Source: the human T2T-CHM13v2.0 reference genome, Homo sapiens. Taken from it: DNA of 64,000 nt. Under the pieces are notes generated by a model that was not told the DNA's origin, ran no database searches, and saw nothing but the letters and a program-made list of their open reading frames with translations. Positions 1-14,259 of this stretch are shown piece after piece (position 1 is the first letter of the stretch; each line of letters opens with the position of its first letter). The stretch is from NCBI RefSeq assembly GCF_009914755.1, contig NC_060948.1, one strand, 5' to 3'. The position numbers were made by a program, and so were the translations under genes.

Positions 1-305
1 GAATGGAATGGAATGGAATGGAATGCCCTTGAATTAAATGGACTGGACTCGAACAGAGTGGAATGGAAAGTGTTGAGATAGAATGGAATGGACTCCTTTG
101 GAATGGTGTAGTATGCAATGCAATCGACTGGCAGGGAATCAAAAGGAATGTAATGGAATGGACTGGACTGGAATGCAATGGACTCGAATAGATTGGAAAC
201 GGAATGCAAAGGAATGGAATGGAATAGTATGGAATGGAATGGAAAGGAATGGAGTGGAATAGACTAGAGTGGAATGGAATGGACTGGAAAGCAATGGACT
301 GGAAT

Positions 306-320
306 GGAACTTTCTTGAAT
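306..320. promoter_or_regulatory. Canonical heat-shock element A (gGAAc tTTCt tGAAt); one per unit, intact in all 18
   Basis: Exact nGAAnnTTCnnGAAn match; copies at 3860, 7429, 10987 ... 57391, 60929. HSF1 binding is inferred, not shown. Confidence 0.5.
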
Positions 321-2553
321 GGACTGGAATCAAACGGAATGGAATGCAATGCAATCAAATGGCATGGAATAAAATAGAATGAAAGAGAATCAAATGGAAT
401 TGAATCGAATGGAATCGAATGGATTGGAAAGGAATAGAATGGAATGGAATGGAATGGACTCAAATGGAATGGACTAGAATGGAATGGATTCGAATGGAAG
501 GCAAAGGAATGGAATCTATTGGAATGGACTGTAATGGAATGGAATGGAAGGGATTGGAATGGACTCGAATGGAATGGACTGCAATAGAAAGGATTCGAAT
601 GGAATGAAAAAGAATTGAATGGAATAGAACAGAATGGAATCAAATCGAATGAAATGGAATGGAATAGAAAGGAATGGAATGAAATGGAATGGAAAGGATT
701 CGAATGGAATGCAATCGAATGGAATGGAATCGAACGGAATGGAATAAAATGGAAGAAAACTGGCAAGAAATGGAATCGAAATGAATGGAGTGTTATGGAA
801 CGGACTCAAAAGGAATTGAATGTAATAGAATGGAGTGGAGTGGACTCGAATATAATGGACTGGAATGGAATGAAATCACATGGAATGGGAACGAATGGAA
901 TGGAATGGAAAGGAATGGAATCGAATGGAAAGGAATCGAATGGAAGGGAATGAAATTGAATCAACAGGAATGGAAGGGAATAGAATAGACGGTAATGGAA
1001 TGGACTCGAATTGAATGGACACGAATGCTCAAATTGAATGGACTCGAATGGAATGGAAACGAAAGGAATGTCATCGAATGGAATTGAATCGATTGGAATG
1101 AAATCGCATAGAATGGAGTGGAATCAAATGGAATTGAATCGAAAGGAAAGGAAGCGAATGGACTGAAATGAAATGGAATGGAATTGAATGGAAAGTAATG
1201 CAATGGAATAGAATGGAACGAAATTTCACGGAATGGAATCAAACTGAATGGAATCAAATCAATGGAATCAAATCAAATGGAATGGAAAGGAATTGAATGG
1301 AGTAGATTGGATTCGATGGGATTGGAATGAAATGTACTGGAAAGGACTCGAATTTCATGAAACGGAATGGAATGAATTGGAACGGAATGGACTCGAATGG
1401 AATGGAATGTCATGGAATGGCATCAAATGGAATGGCATCAAATGGAATGGAATCGAATGCAATGGAATGCTATGGAATGGAATGGAATGCATTGGAATGG
1501 AATGTCCTCTAATGGAATGGATTCGAGTGGAATGGAATCGAATATAATGGAGTCGAATGAAATGGAATTGAAAGGAGTGGGATCGAATACAATGGAATAT
1601 ACTGGAATGTAATGTAATGAACTCGAATGTAATTGACTGGAATGGAATGTACATGAATGGAATGTAATCCAATGGAAAGTAATCCAATAGAATAGAATCT
1701 AATGCAATAAAACCGACTCAGATAGAGTAGAATGTAATGGAATGGAGTGCAGTGCAATGGAATGGAATGGAATGGAATGCAATGGAATGGAATGGAATGG
1801 AATGGAATGGAATGGGATGGAATGGGATGGAATGGATAGTAATGGACTGGAGTGAAATGGACTGGAAAGGAATGGACTCAAATTGAAAGGGCTCGAAAGG
1901 AATGGAGTCAAATGGAATGGTCTGGAATGGAATGAACACGAATGTAATGCAATCCAATAGAACGGAATCGAATGGCATGGAATATAAAGAAATGGAATCG
2001 AAGAGAATGGAAACAAATGGAATGGAATTGAATGGAATGGAATTGAATGGAATGGGAACGAATGGAGTGAAATTGTATGCAGTAGAAGGGAATAGAATGG
2101 AATGCAAGCGAAAGGAAAGGAATGGATTGGAATGGAATGGAATTCATTGGAATGGAAGGGAATGTAGTGTAATGGACAGGCCTGGAATAAAGTGGAATGC
2201 TACGGTCTCGAATGGAATAAAAATGTATGGAATGGAATGCAATGAAACGGAATCGAATGTCATAGAATGTAATGGAATGCAAAAAAATGGAATCCAAAAT
2301 CATTGACTGGAAAGGCTGTGTGGCGAAAGGAGTTGACTCCAATGGAATGGAATCGAATGGAATGGAAGTGAATAGAATCGAACTAAATCGAATGGAATGG
2401 AATTGATAGGAACGGAATGGAAAGGAATGCAATGATTTGGCATGGAATGGAATCGAATGGCATCGAATGGAATGGAATGGAATGCAATGGAATGGAATGT
2501 ATTAGAATGTAATGAACTTTAATGGAATGTACTCGAATGGATTCGACTGGAAT

Positions 2554-2568
2554 GGAATGTTCTGGAAG
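2554..2568. promoter_or_regulatory. Canonical heat-shock element B (gGAAt gTTCt gGAAg); one per unit, intact in all 18
   Basis: Exact nGAAnnTTCnnGAAn match; last copy at 63171. Binding is inferred. Confidence 0.5.
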
Positions 2569-2833
2569 TGAATGGACTCCAATGGAATGGATTCAAAAGG
2601 AATGGAATCGTACGGAATGGAATCTAATGGAATGGAATTAAATGGAAGTGAATCAAATTGAATAGCACGGAATTGAATTGAATGGAATGGAATGCAACGG
2701 AATCTAATGAAACGGAAAGGAAAGGAATGGAATGGAATGGAATGGGCTGGAATGGAAAGGAATCGAAACGAATGGAATGGAATCGAACTGAAGAGACTGG
2801 AATGGAATGCACTGGAATGGAAGGGAGTTTAAT

Positions 2834-2848
2834 GGAAGGTTCTCGAAA
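2834..2848. promoter_or_regulatory. Canonical heat-shock element C (gGAAg gTTCt cGAAa); intact in 13 of 18 units
   Basis: Exact match; TTC>TTG in U3, U9, U10, U11 and U13. Binding is inferred. Confidence 0.45.
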
Positions 2849-3568
2849 AAAATGGAATCGAATGGAATGGAATTGAATGGAACGGAATAGAGTCGAATGG
2901 AATTGAATGGAATGGAATGGACTAGAGTGAAATGGAATCGAACCACAAGGAATGGACAGGAATAGAATGGTCTCGAATTGAATGGAATCGTATGGAATGG
3001 CATCAAACGGAATGGAATGGACAGCCACGGAATGGAATGCACTCGAATGCAATGGAGTCGAAACTAATGGACTGGAATAGAATGGACTCGACTGGTACGG
3101 ACTCCAATGGAATGGAATCGAATGGAAGGGAATCGAACGGAATGGACTCGAAGGGAAAAGACTGCAATGGAAAGGTCTCGAATGGAATGGAAATTAATGG
3201 AATGGAATGGAATCGAATGAAATGGAGTCAAAAGGAATGGAATCGAATGGCAAGAAATCGAATGAAATGGAATCGCAAGGAATTGATGTGAACGGAACGG
3301 AATGGAATGGAATCCAAAGGAATGGAATAGAATGGAATGGAATCGAATGGAAAGGACTCGAATGGAAATCACTCGAATAGAATGCAGTTTAATAAAATAG
3401 GATCAAATGTAATGGAATGGAATGGAAAGGAATCGAAACGAAAGGAATGGAGACAGATGGAATGGAATGGAACAGAGAGCAATGGTATAGAATGGAATGG
3501 AATCATCTGGAATGGAATTGAATGGAATGGAATAATATGAAATGGAATGGAATGGAATGGAATGGAAT

Positions 3569-6500
3569 GCCCTTGAATTAAATGGACTGGAATGGAATGG
3601 ACTCGAACAGAGTGGAATGGAAAGTGTTGAGATAGAATGGAATGGACTCCTTTGGAATGGTGTAGTATGCAATGCAATCGACTGGCAGGGAATCAAAAGG
3701 AATGTAATGGAATGGATTGGACTGGAATGCAATGGACTCGAATAGATTGGAAACGGAATGCAAAGGAATGGAATGGAATAGTATGGAATGGAATGGAAAG
3801 GAATGGAGTGGAATAGACTAGAGTGGAATGGAATGGACTGGAAAGCAATGGACTGGAATGGAACTTTCTTGAATGGACTGGAATCAAACGGAATGGAATG
3901 CAATGCAATCAAATGGCATGGAATAAAATAGAATGAAAGAGAATCAAATGGAATTGAATCGAATGGAATCGAATGGATTGGAAAGGAATAGAATGGAATG
4001 GAATGGAATGGACTAGAATGGAATGGATTCGAATGGAAGGCAAAGGAATGGAATCTATTGGAATGGACTGTAATGGAATGGAATGGAAGGGATTGGAATG
4101 GACTCGAATGGAATGGACTGCAATAGAAAGGATTCGAATGGAATGAAAAAGAATTGAATGGAATAGAACAGAATGGAATCAAATCGAATGAAATGGAATG
4201 GAATAGAAAGGAATGGAATGAAATGGAATGGAAAGGATTCGAATGGAATGCAATCGAATGGAATGGAATCGAACGGAATGGAATAAAATGGAAGAAAACT
4301 GGCAAGAAATGGAATCGAAATGAATGGAGTGTTATGGAACGGACTCAAAAGGAATTGAATGTAATAGAATGGAGTGGAGTGGACTCGAATATAATGGACT
4401 GGAATGGAATGAAATCACATGGAATGGGAACGAATGGAATGGAATGGAAAGGAATGGAATCGAATGGAAAGGAATCGAATGGAAGGGAATGAAATTGAAT
4501 CAACAGGAATGGAAGGGAATAGAATAGACGGTAATGGAATGGACTCGAATAGAATGGACACGAATGCTCAAATTGAATGGACTCGAATGGAATGGAAACG
4601 AAAGGAATGTCATCGAATGGAATTGAATCGATTGGAATGAAATCGCATAGAATGGAGTGGAATCAAATGGAATTGAATCGAAAGGAAAGGAAGCGAATGG
4701 ACTGAAATGAAATGGAATGGAATTGAATGGAAAGTAATGCAATGGAATAGAATGGAACGAAATTTCACGGAATGGAATCAAACTGAATGGAATCAAATCA
4801 ATGGAATCAAATCAAATGGAATGGAAAGGAATTGAATGGAGTAGATTGGATTGGATGGGATTGGAATGAAATGTACTGGAAAGGACTCGAATTTCATGAA
4901 ACGGACTGGAATGAATTGGAACGGAATGGACTCGAATGGAATGGAATGTCATGGAATGGCATCAAATGGAATGGCATCAAATGGAATGGAATCGAATGCA
5001 ATGGAATGCTATGGAATGGAATGGAATGCATTGGAATGGAATGTCCTCTAATGGAATGGATTCGAGTGGAATGGAATCGAATATAATGGAGTCGAATGAA
5101 AAGGAATTGAAAGGAGTGGGATCGAATACAATGGAATATACTGGAATGTAATGTAATGAACTCGAATGTAATTGACTGGAATGGAATGTACATGAATGGA
5201 ATGTAATCGAATGGAAAGTAATCCAATGGAATAGAATCTAATGCAATAAAACCGACTCAGATAGAGTAGAATGTAATGGAATGGAGAGCAGTGCAATGGA
5301 ATGGAATGGAATGGAATGCAATGGAATGGAATGGAATGGAATGGAATGGAATGGAATGGAATGGAATGGGATGGAATGGGATGGAATGGATAGTAATGGA
5401 CTGGAGTGAAATGGACTGGAAAGGAATGGACTCAAATTGAAAGGGCTCGAAAGGAATGGAGTCAAATGGAATGGTCTGGAATGGAATGAACACGAATGTA
5501 ATGCAATCCAATAGAATGGAATCGAATGGCATGGAATATAAAGAAATGGAATCGAAGAGAATGGAAACAAATGGAATGGAATTGAATGGAATGGAATTGA
5601 ATGGAATGGGAACGAATGGAGTGAAATTGTATGCAGTAGAAGGGAATAGAATGGAATGCAAGCGAAAGGAAAGGAATGGATTGGAATGGAATGGAATTCA
5701 TTGGAATGGAAGGGAATGTAGTGTAATGGACAGGCCTGGAATAAAGTGGAATGCTACGGTCTCGAATGGAATAAAAATGTATGGAATGGAATGCAATGAA
5801 ACGGAATCGAATGTCATAGAATGTAATGGAATGCAAAAAAATGGAATCCAAAATCATTGACTGGAAAGGCTGGGTGTCGAAAGGAATTGACTCCAATGGA
5901 ATGGAATCGAATGGAATGGAAGTGAATAGAATCGAACTAAATCGAATGGAATGGAATTGATAGGAACGGAATGGAAAGGAATGCAATGATTTGGCATGGA
6001 ATGGAATCGAATGGCATCGAATGGAATGGAATGGAATGCAATGGAATGGAATGTATTAGAATGTAATGAACTTTAATGGAATGTACTCGAATGGATTCGA
6101 CTGGAATGGAATGTTCTGGAAGTGAATGGACTCCAATGGAATGGATTCAAAAGGAATGGAATCGTACGGAATGGAATCTAATGGAATGGAATTAAATGGA
6201 AATGAATCAAATTGAATAGCACGGAATTGAATTGAATGGAATGGAATGCAATGGAATCTAATGAAACGGAAAGGAAAGGAATGGAATGGAATGGAAAGGG
6301 CTGGAATGGAAAGGAATCGAAACGAATGGAATGGAATCGAACTGAAGAGACTGGAATGGAATGCACTGGAATGGAAGGGAGTGTAATGGAAGGTTCTCGA
6401 AAAAAATGGAATCGAATGGAATGGAATTGAATGGAACGGAATAGAGTCGAATGGAATTGAATGGAATGGAATGGACTAGAGTGAAATGGAATCGAACCAC

Positions 6501-7137
6501 AAGGAATGGACAGGAATAGAATGGTCTCGAATTGAATGGAATCGTATGGAATGGCATCAAACGGAATGGAATGGACAGCCACGGAATGGAATGCACTCGA
6601 ATGCAATGGAGTCGAAACTAATGGACTGGAATAGAATGGACTCGACTGGTACGGACTCCAATGGAATGGAATCGAATGGAAGGGAATCGAACGGAATGGA
6701 CTCGAAGGGAAAAGACTGCAATGGAAAGGTCTCGAATGGAATGGAAATTAATGGAATGGAATGGAATCGAATGAAATGGAGTCAAAAGGAATGGAATCGA
6801 ATGGCAAGAAATCGAATGTAATGGAATCGCAAGGAATTGATGTGAACGGAACGGAATGGAATGGAATCCAAAGGAATGGAATAGAATGGAATGGAATCGA
6901 ATGGAAAGGACTCGAATGGAAATCACTCGAATAGAATGCAATTTAATAAAATAGGATCAAATGTAATGGAATGGAATGGAAAGGAATCGAAATGAAAGGA
7001 ATGGTGACAGATGGAATGGAATGGAACAGAGAGCAATGGTATAGAATGGAATGGAATCATCTGGAATGGAATTGAATGGAATGGAATAATATGAAATGGA
7101 ATGGAATGGAATGGAATGGAATGGAATGGAATGGAAT
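3569..7137 (-). repeat. DYZ1 unit U2 (3569 bp)
   Basis: Landmark spacing; 15-bp deletion at ~4010; GGAAAGGGCT variant at 6297. Confidence 0.9.
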
Positions 7138-10100
7138 GCCCTTGAATTAAATGGACTGGAATGGAATGGACTCGAACAGAGTGGAATGGAAAGTGTTGAG
7201 ATAGAATGCAATGGACTCCTTCGGAATGGTCTAGTATGCAATGCAATCGACTGGCAGGGAATCAAAAGGAATGTAATCGAATGGATTGGACTGGAATGCA
7301 GTGGACTCGAATAGATTGGAAACGGAATGCAAAGGAATGGAATGGAATAGTATGGAATGGAATGGAAAGGAATGGAGTGGAATAGACTAGAGTGGAATGG
7401 AATGGACTGGAAAGCAATGGACTGGAATGGAACTTTCTTGAATGGACTGGAATCAAACGGAATGGAATGCAATGCAATCAAATGGCATGGAATAAAATAG
7501 AATGAAAGAGAATCAAATGGAATTGAATCGAATGGAATCGAATGGATTGGAAAGGAATAGAATGGAATGGAATTGAATTGACTCAAATGGAATGGACTAG
7601 AATGGAATGGATTCGAATGGAAGGCAAAGGAATGGAATCTATTGGAATGGACTGTAATGGAATGGAATGGAAGGGATTGGAATGGACTCGAATGGAATGG
7701 ACTGCAATAGAAAGGATTCGAATGGAATGAAAAAGAATTGAATGGAATAGAACAGAATGGAATCAAATCGAATGAAATGGAATGGAATAGAAAGGAATGG
7801 AATGAAATGGAATGGAAAGGATTCGAATGGAATGCAATCGAATGGAATGGAATCGAACGGAATGGCATAAAATGGAAGAAAACTGGCAAGAAATGGAATC
7901 GAAATGAATGGAGTGTTATGGAACGGACTCAAAAGGAATTGAATGTAATAGAATGGAGTGGAGTGGACTCGAATATAATGGACTGGAATGGAATGAAATC
8001 ACATGGAATGGGAACGAATGGAATGGAATGGAAAGGAATGGAATCGAATGGAAAGGAATCGAATGGAAGGGAATGAAATTGAATCAACAGGAATGGAAGG
8101 GAATAGAATAGACGGTAATGGAATGGACTCGAATAGAATGGACACGAATGCTCAAATTGAATGGACTCCAATGGAATGGAAACGAAAGGAATGTCATCGA
8201 ATAGAATTGAATCGACTGGAATGAAATCGCAAGAATGGAGTGGAATCAAATGGAATTGAATCGAAAGGAAAGGAAGCGAATGGACTGAAATGAAATGGAA
8301 TGGAATTGAATGGAAAGTAATGCAATGGAATAGAATGGAACGAAATTTCACGGAATGGAATCAAACTGAAAGGAATCAAATCAATGGAATCTAATCAAAT
8401 GGAATGGAAAGGAATTGAATGGAGTAGATTGGATTGGATGGGATTGGAGTGAAATGTACTGGAAAGGACTCGAATTTCATGAAACGGAATGGAATGAATT
8501 GGAACGGAATGGACTCGAATGGAATGGAATGTCATGGAATGGCATCAAATGGAATGGCATCAAATGGAATGGAATCGAATGCAATGGAATGCTATGGAAT
8601 GGAATGGAATGCATTGGAATGGAATGTCCTCTAATGGAATGGATTCGAGTGGAATGGAATCGAATATAATGGAGTCGAATGAAATGGAATTGAAAGGAAT
8701 GGGATCGAATACAATGGAATATGCTGGAATGTAATGTAATGAACTCGAATGTAATTGACTGGAATGGAATGTACATGAATGGAATGTAATCGAATGGAAA
8801 GTAATCCAATGGAATAGAATCTAATGCAATAAAATCGACTCAGATAGAGTAGAATGTAATGGAATGGAGTGCAGTACAATGGAATGGAATGGAATGCAAT
8901 GGAATGGAATGGAATGGAATGGAATGGAATGGGATGGAATGGGATGGAATGGTATGGAGTGGATAGTAATGGACTGGAGTGAAATGGACTGGAAAGGAAT
9001 GGACTCAAATTGAAAGGGCTCGAAAGGAATGGAGTCAAATGGAATGGTCTGGAATGGAATGAACACGAATGTAATGCAATCCAATAGAATGGAATCGAAT
9101 GGCATGGAATATAAAGAAATGGAATCGAAGAGAATGGAAACAAATGGAATGGAATTGAATGGAATGGAATTGAATGGAATGGGAACGAATGGAGTGAAAT
9201 TGTATGCAGTAGAAGGGAATAGAATGGAATGCAAGCGAAAGGAAAGGAATGGATTGGAATGGAATGGAATTCATTGGAATGGAAGGGAATGTAGTGTAAT
9301 GGACAGGCCTGGAATAAAGTGGAATGCTACGGTCTCGAATGGAATAAAAATGTATGGAATGGAATGCAATGAAACGGAATCGAATGTCATAGAATGTAAT
9401 GGAATGCAAAAAAATGGAATCCAAAATCATTGACTGGAAAGGCTGGGTGTCGAAAGGAATTGACTCCAATGATATGGAATCGAATGGAATGGAAGTGAAT
9501 AGAATCGAACTAAATCGAATGGAATGGAATTGATAGGAACGGAATGGAAAGGAATGCAATGAATTGGCATGGAATGGAATCGAATGGCATCGAATGGAAT
9601 GGAATGGAATGCAATGGAATGGAATGTATTAGAATGTAATGAACTTTAATGGAATGTACTCGAATGGATTCGACTGGAATGGAATGTTCTGGAAGTGAAT
9701 GGACTCCAATGGAATGGATTCAAAAGGAATGGAATCGTACGGAATGGAATCTAATGGAATGGAATTAAATGGAAATGAATCAAATTGAATAGCACGGAAT
9801 TGAATTGAATGGAATGGAATGCAATGGAATCTAATGAAACGGAAAGGAAAGGAATGGAATGGAATGGAATGGGCTGGAATGGAAAGGAATCGAAACGAAT
9901 GGAATGGAATCGAACTGAAGAGACTGGAATGGAATGCACTGGAATGGAAGGGAGTGTAATGGAAGGTTGTCGAAAAAAATGGAATCGAATGGAATGGAAT
10001 TGAATGGAACGGAATAGAGTCGAATGGAATTGAATGGAATGGAATGGACTAGAGTGAAATGGAATCGAACCACAAGGAATGGACAGGAATAGAATGGTCT

Positions 10101-10695
10101 CGAATTGAATGGAATCGTATGGAATGGCATCAAACGGAATGGAATGGACAGCCACGGAATGGAATGCACTCGAATGCAATGGAGTCGAAACTAATGGACT
10201 GGAATAGAATGGACTCGACTGGTACGGACTCCAATGGAATGGAATCGAATGGAAGGGAATCGAACGGAATGGACTCGAAGGGAAAAGACTGCAATGGAAA
10301 GGTCTCGAATGGAATGGAAATTAATGGAATGGAATGGAATCGAATGAAATGGAGTCAAAAGGAATGGAATCGAATGGCAAGAAATCGAATGTAATGGAAT
10401 CGCAAGGAATTGATGTGAACGGAACGGAATGGAATGGAATCCAAAGGAATGGAATAGAATGGAATGGAATCGAATGGAAAGGACTCGAATGGAAATCACT
10501 CGAATAGAATGCAATTTAATAAAATAGGATCAAATGTAATGGAATGGAATGGAAAGGAATCGAAACGAAAGGAATGGAGACAGATGGAATGGAATGGAAC
10601 AGAGAGCAATGGTATAGAATGGAATGGAATCATCTGGAATGGAATTGAATGGAATGGAATAATATGAAATGGAATGGAATGGAATGGAATGGAAT
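7138..10695 (-). repeat. DYZ1 unit U3 (3558 bp), B-type
   Basis: CCTTCGGAATGGTCTAG block at ~7218; TCGCAAGAAT 1-bp deletion at ~8230. Confidence 0.9.
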
Positions 10696-13600
10696 GCCCT
10701 TGAATTAAATGGACTGGAATGGAATGGACTCCAACAGAGTGGAATGGAAAGTGTTGAGATAGAATGGAATGGACTCCTTTGGAATGGTGTAGTATGCAAT
10801 GCAATCGACTGGCAGGGAATCAAAAGGAATGTAATGGAATGGATTGGACTGGAATGCAATGGACTCGAATAGATTGGAAACGGAATGCAAAGGAATGGAA
10901 TGGAATAGTATGGAATGGAATGGAAAGGAATGGAGTGGAATAGACTAGAGTGGAATGGAATGGACTGGAAAGCAATGGACTGGAATGGAACTTTCTTGAA
11001 TGGACAGGAATCAAACGGAATGGAATGCAATGCAATCAAATGGCATGGAATAAAATAGAATGAAAGAGAATCAAATGGAATTGAATCGAATGGAATCGAA
11101 TGGATTGGAAAGGAATAGAATGGAATGGAATGGAACTGACTCGAATGGAATGGACTAGAATGGAATGGATTCGAATGGAAGGCAAAGGAATGGAATCTAT
11201 TGGAATGGACTGTAATGGAATGGAATGGAAAGGATTGGAATGGACTCGAATGGAATGGACTGCAATAGAAAGGATTCGAATGGAATGAAAAAGAATTGAA
11301 TGGAATAGAACAGAATGGAATCAAATCGAATGAAATGGAATGGAATAGAAAGGAATGGAATGAAATGGAATGGAAAGGATTCGAATGGAATGCAATCGAA
11401 TGGAATGGAATCGAACGGAATGGAATAAAATGGAAGAAAACTGGCAAGAAATGGAATCGAAATGAATGGAGTGTTATGGAACGGACTCAAAAGGAATTGA
11501 ATGTAATAGAATGGAGTGGAGTGGACTCGAATATAATGGAATGGAATGGAATGAAATCACAAGGAATGGGAACGAATGGAATGGAATGGAAAGGAATGGA
11601 ATCGAATGGAAAGGAATCGAATGGAAGGGAATGAAATTGAATCAACAGGAATGGAAGGGAATAGAATAGACGGTAATGGAATGGACTCGAATAGAATGGA
11701 CACGAATGCTCAAATTGAATGGACTCGAATGGAATGGAAACGAAAGGAATGTCATCGAATGGAATTGAATGGATTGGAATGAAATCGCATAGAATGGAGT
11801 GGAATCAAATGGAATTGAATCGAAAGGAAAGGAAGCGAATGGACTGAAATGAAATGGAATGGAATTGAATGGAAAGTAATGCAATGGAATAGAATGGAAC
11901 GAAATTTCACGGAATGGAATCAAACTGAATGGAATCAAATCAATGGAATCAAATCAAATGGAATGGAAAGGAATTGAATGGAGTAGATTGGATTGGATGG
12001 GATTGGAATGAAATGCACTGGAAAGGACTCGAATTTCATGAAACGGAATGGAATGAATTGGAACGGAATGGACTCGAATGGAATGGAATGTCATGGAATG
12101 GCATCAAATGGAATGGCATCAAATGGAATGGAATCGAATGCAATGGAATGCTATGGAATGGAATGGAATGCATTGGAATGGAATGTCCTCTAATGGAATG
12201 GATTCGAGTGGAATGGAATCGAATATAATGGAGTCGAATGAAATGGAATTGAAAGGAGTGGGATCGAATACAATGGAATATACTGGAATGTAATGTAATG
12301 AACTCGAATGTAATTGACTGGAATGGAATGTACATGAATGGAATGTAATCGAATGGAAAGTAATCCAATGGAATAGAATCTAATGCAATAAAACCGACTC
12401 AGATAGGGTAGAATGTAATGGAATGGAGTGCAGTGCAATGGAATGGAATGGAATGGAAGGCAATGGAATGGAATGGAATGGAATGGAATGGAATGGAATG
12501 GAATGGAATGGAATGGGATGGAATGGGATGGAATGGATAGTAATGGACTGGAGTGAAATGGACTGGAAAGGAATGGACTCAAATTGAAAGGGCTCGAAAG
12601 GAATGGAGTCAAATGGAATGGTCTGGAATGGAATGAACACGAATGTAATGCAATCCAATAGAATGGAATCGAATGGCATGGAATATAAAGAAATGGAATC
12701 GAAGAGAATGGAAACAAATGGAATGGAATTGAATGGAATGGAATTGAATGGAATGGGAACGAATGGAGTGAAATTGTATGCAGTAGAAGGGAATAGAATG
12801 GAATGCAAGCGAAAGGAAAGGAATGGATTGGAATGGAATGGAATTCATTGGAATGGAAGGGAATGTAGTGTAATGGACAGGCCTGGAATAAAGTGGAATG
12901 CTACGGTCTCGAATGGAATAAAAATGTATGGAATGGAATGCAATGAAACGGAATCGAATGTCATAGAATGTAATGGAATGCAAAAAAATGGAATCCAAAA
13001 TCATTGACTGGAAAGGCTGGGTGTCGAAAGGAATTGACTCCAATGGAATGGAATCGAATGGAATGGAAGTGAATAGAATCGAACTAAATCGAATGGAATG
13101 GAATTGATAGGAACGGAATGGAAAGGAATGCAATGATTTGGCATGGAATGGAATCGAATGGCATCGAATGGAATGCAATGGAATGGAATGTATTAGAATG
13201 TAATGAACTTTAATGGAATGTACTCGAATGGATTCGACTGGAATGGAATGTTCTGGAAGTGAATGGACTCCAATGGAATGGATTCAAAAGGAATGGAATC
13301 GTACGGAATGGAATCTAATGGAATGGAATTAAATGGAAATGAATCAAATTGAATAGCACGGAATTGAATTGAATGGAATGGAATGCAATGGAATCTAATG
13401 AAACGGAAAGGAAAGGAATGGAATGGAATGGAAAGGGCTGGAATGGAAAGGAATTGAAACGAATGGAATGGAATCGAACTGAAGAGACTGGAATGGAATG
13501 CACTGGAATGGAAGGGAGTGTAATGGAAGGTTCTCGAAAAAAATGGAATCGAATGGAATGGAATTGAATGGAACGGAATAGAGTCGAATGGAATTGAATG

Positions 13601-14259
13601 GAATGGAATGGACTAGAGTGAAATGGAATCGAACCACAAGGAATGGACAGGAATAGAATGGTCTCGAATTGAATGGAATCGTATGGAATGGCATCAAACG
13701 GAATGGAATGGACAGCCACGGAATGGAATGCACTCGAATGCAATGGAGTCGAAACTAATGGACTGGAATAGAATGGACTCGACTGGTACGGACTCCAATG
13801 GAATGGAATCGAATGGAAGGGAATCGAACGGAATGGACTCGAAGGGAAAAGACTGCAATGGAAAGGTCTCGAATGGAATGGAAATTAATGGAATGGAATG
13901 GAATCGAATGAAATGGAGTCAAAAGGAATGGAATCGAATGGCAAGAAATCGAATGTAATGGAATCGCAAGGAATTGATGTGAACGGAACGGAATGGAATG
14001 GAATCCAAAGGAATGGAATAGAATGGAATGGAATCGAATGGAAAGGACTCGAATGGAAATCACTCGAATAGAATGCAATTTAATAAAATAGGATCAAATG
14101 TAATGGAATGGAATGGAAAGGAATCGAAACGAAAGGAATGGAGACAGATGGAATGGAATGGAACAGAGAGCAATGGTATAGAATGGAATGGAATCATCTG
14201 GAATGGAATTGAATGGAATGGAATAATATGAAATGGAATGGAATGGAATGGAATGGAAT
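10696..14259 (-). repeat. DYZ1 unit U4 (3564 bp)
   Basis: Landmark spacing; GGAACTGACTCG at 11136; GGAAGGCAAT at 12459. Confidence 0.9.

Larger units (their letters stand above)
25..3568 (-). repeat. DYZ1 unit U1 (3544 bp)
   Basis: GCCCTTGAATT landmark to the next landmark; 10-bp deletion at ~45; many private SNPs (e.g. 2311-2340). Confidence 0.9.

Noticed and set aside
1219-1362. Extra HSE-like sites CGAAATTTCACGGAA and CGAATTTCATGAAA
   Set aside because: The third pentamer or the spacing is off by one, so they are not canonical three-unit HSEs
1813-1836. G-quadruplex at GGGATGGAATGGGAT
   Set aside because: Only two G3 tracts are present
368-3396. Several AATAAA hexamers per unit
   Set aside because: They are easily generated from GGAAT variants, and there is no transcript evidence in the sequence
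25-3568. Unit as a dimer of ~1.78 kb halves
   Set aside because: No landmark recurs at half-unit offset by eye and the phase breaks lie in one half; a self-alignment would be needed to exclude an ancient duplication
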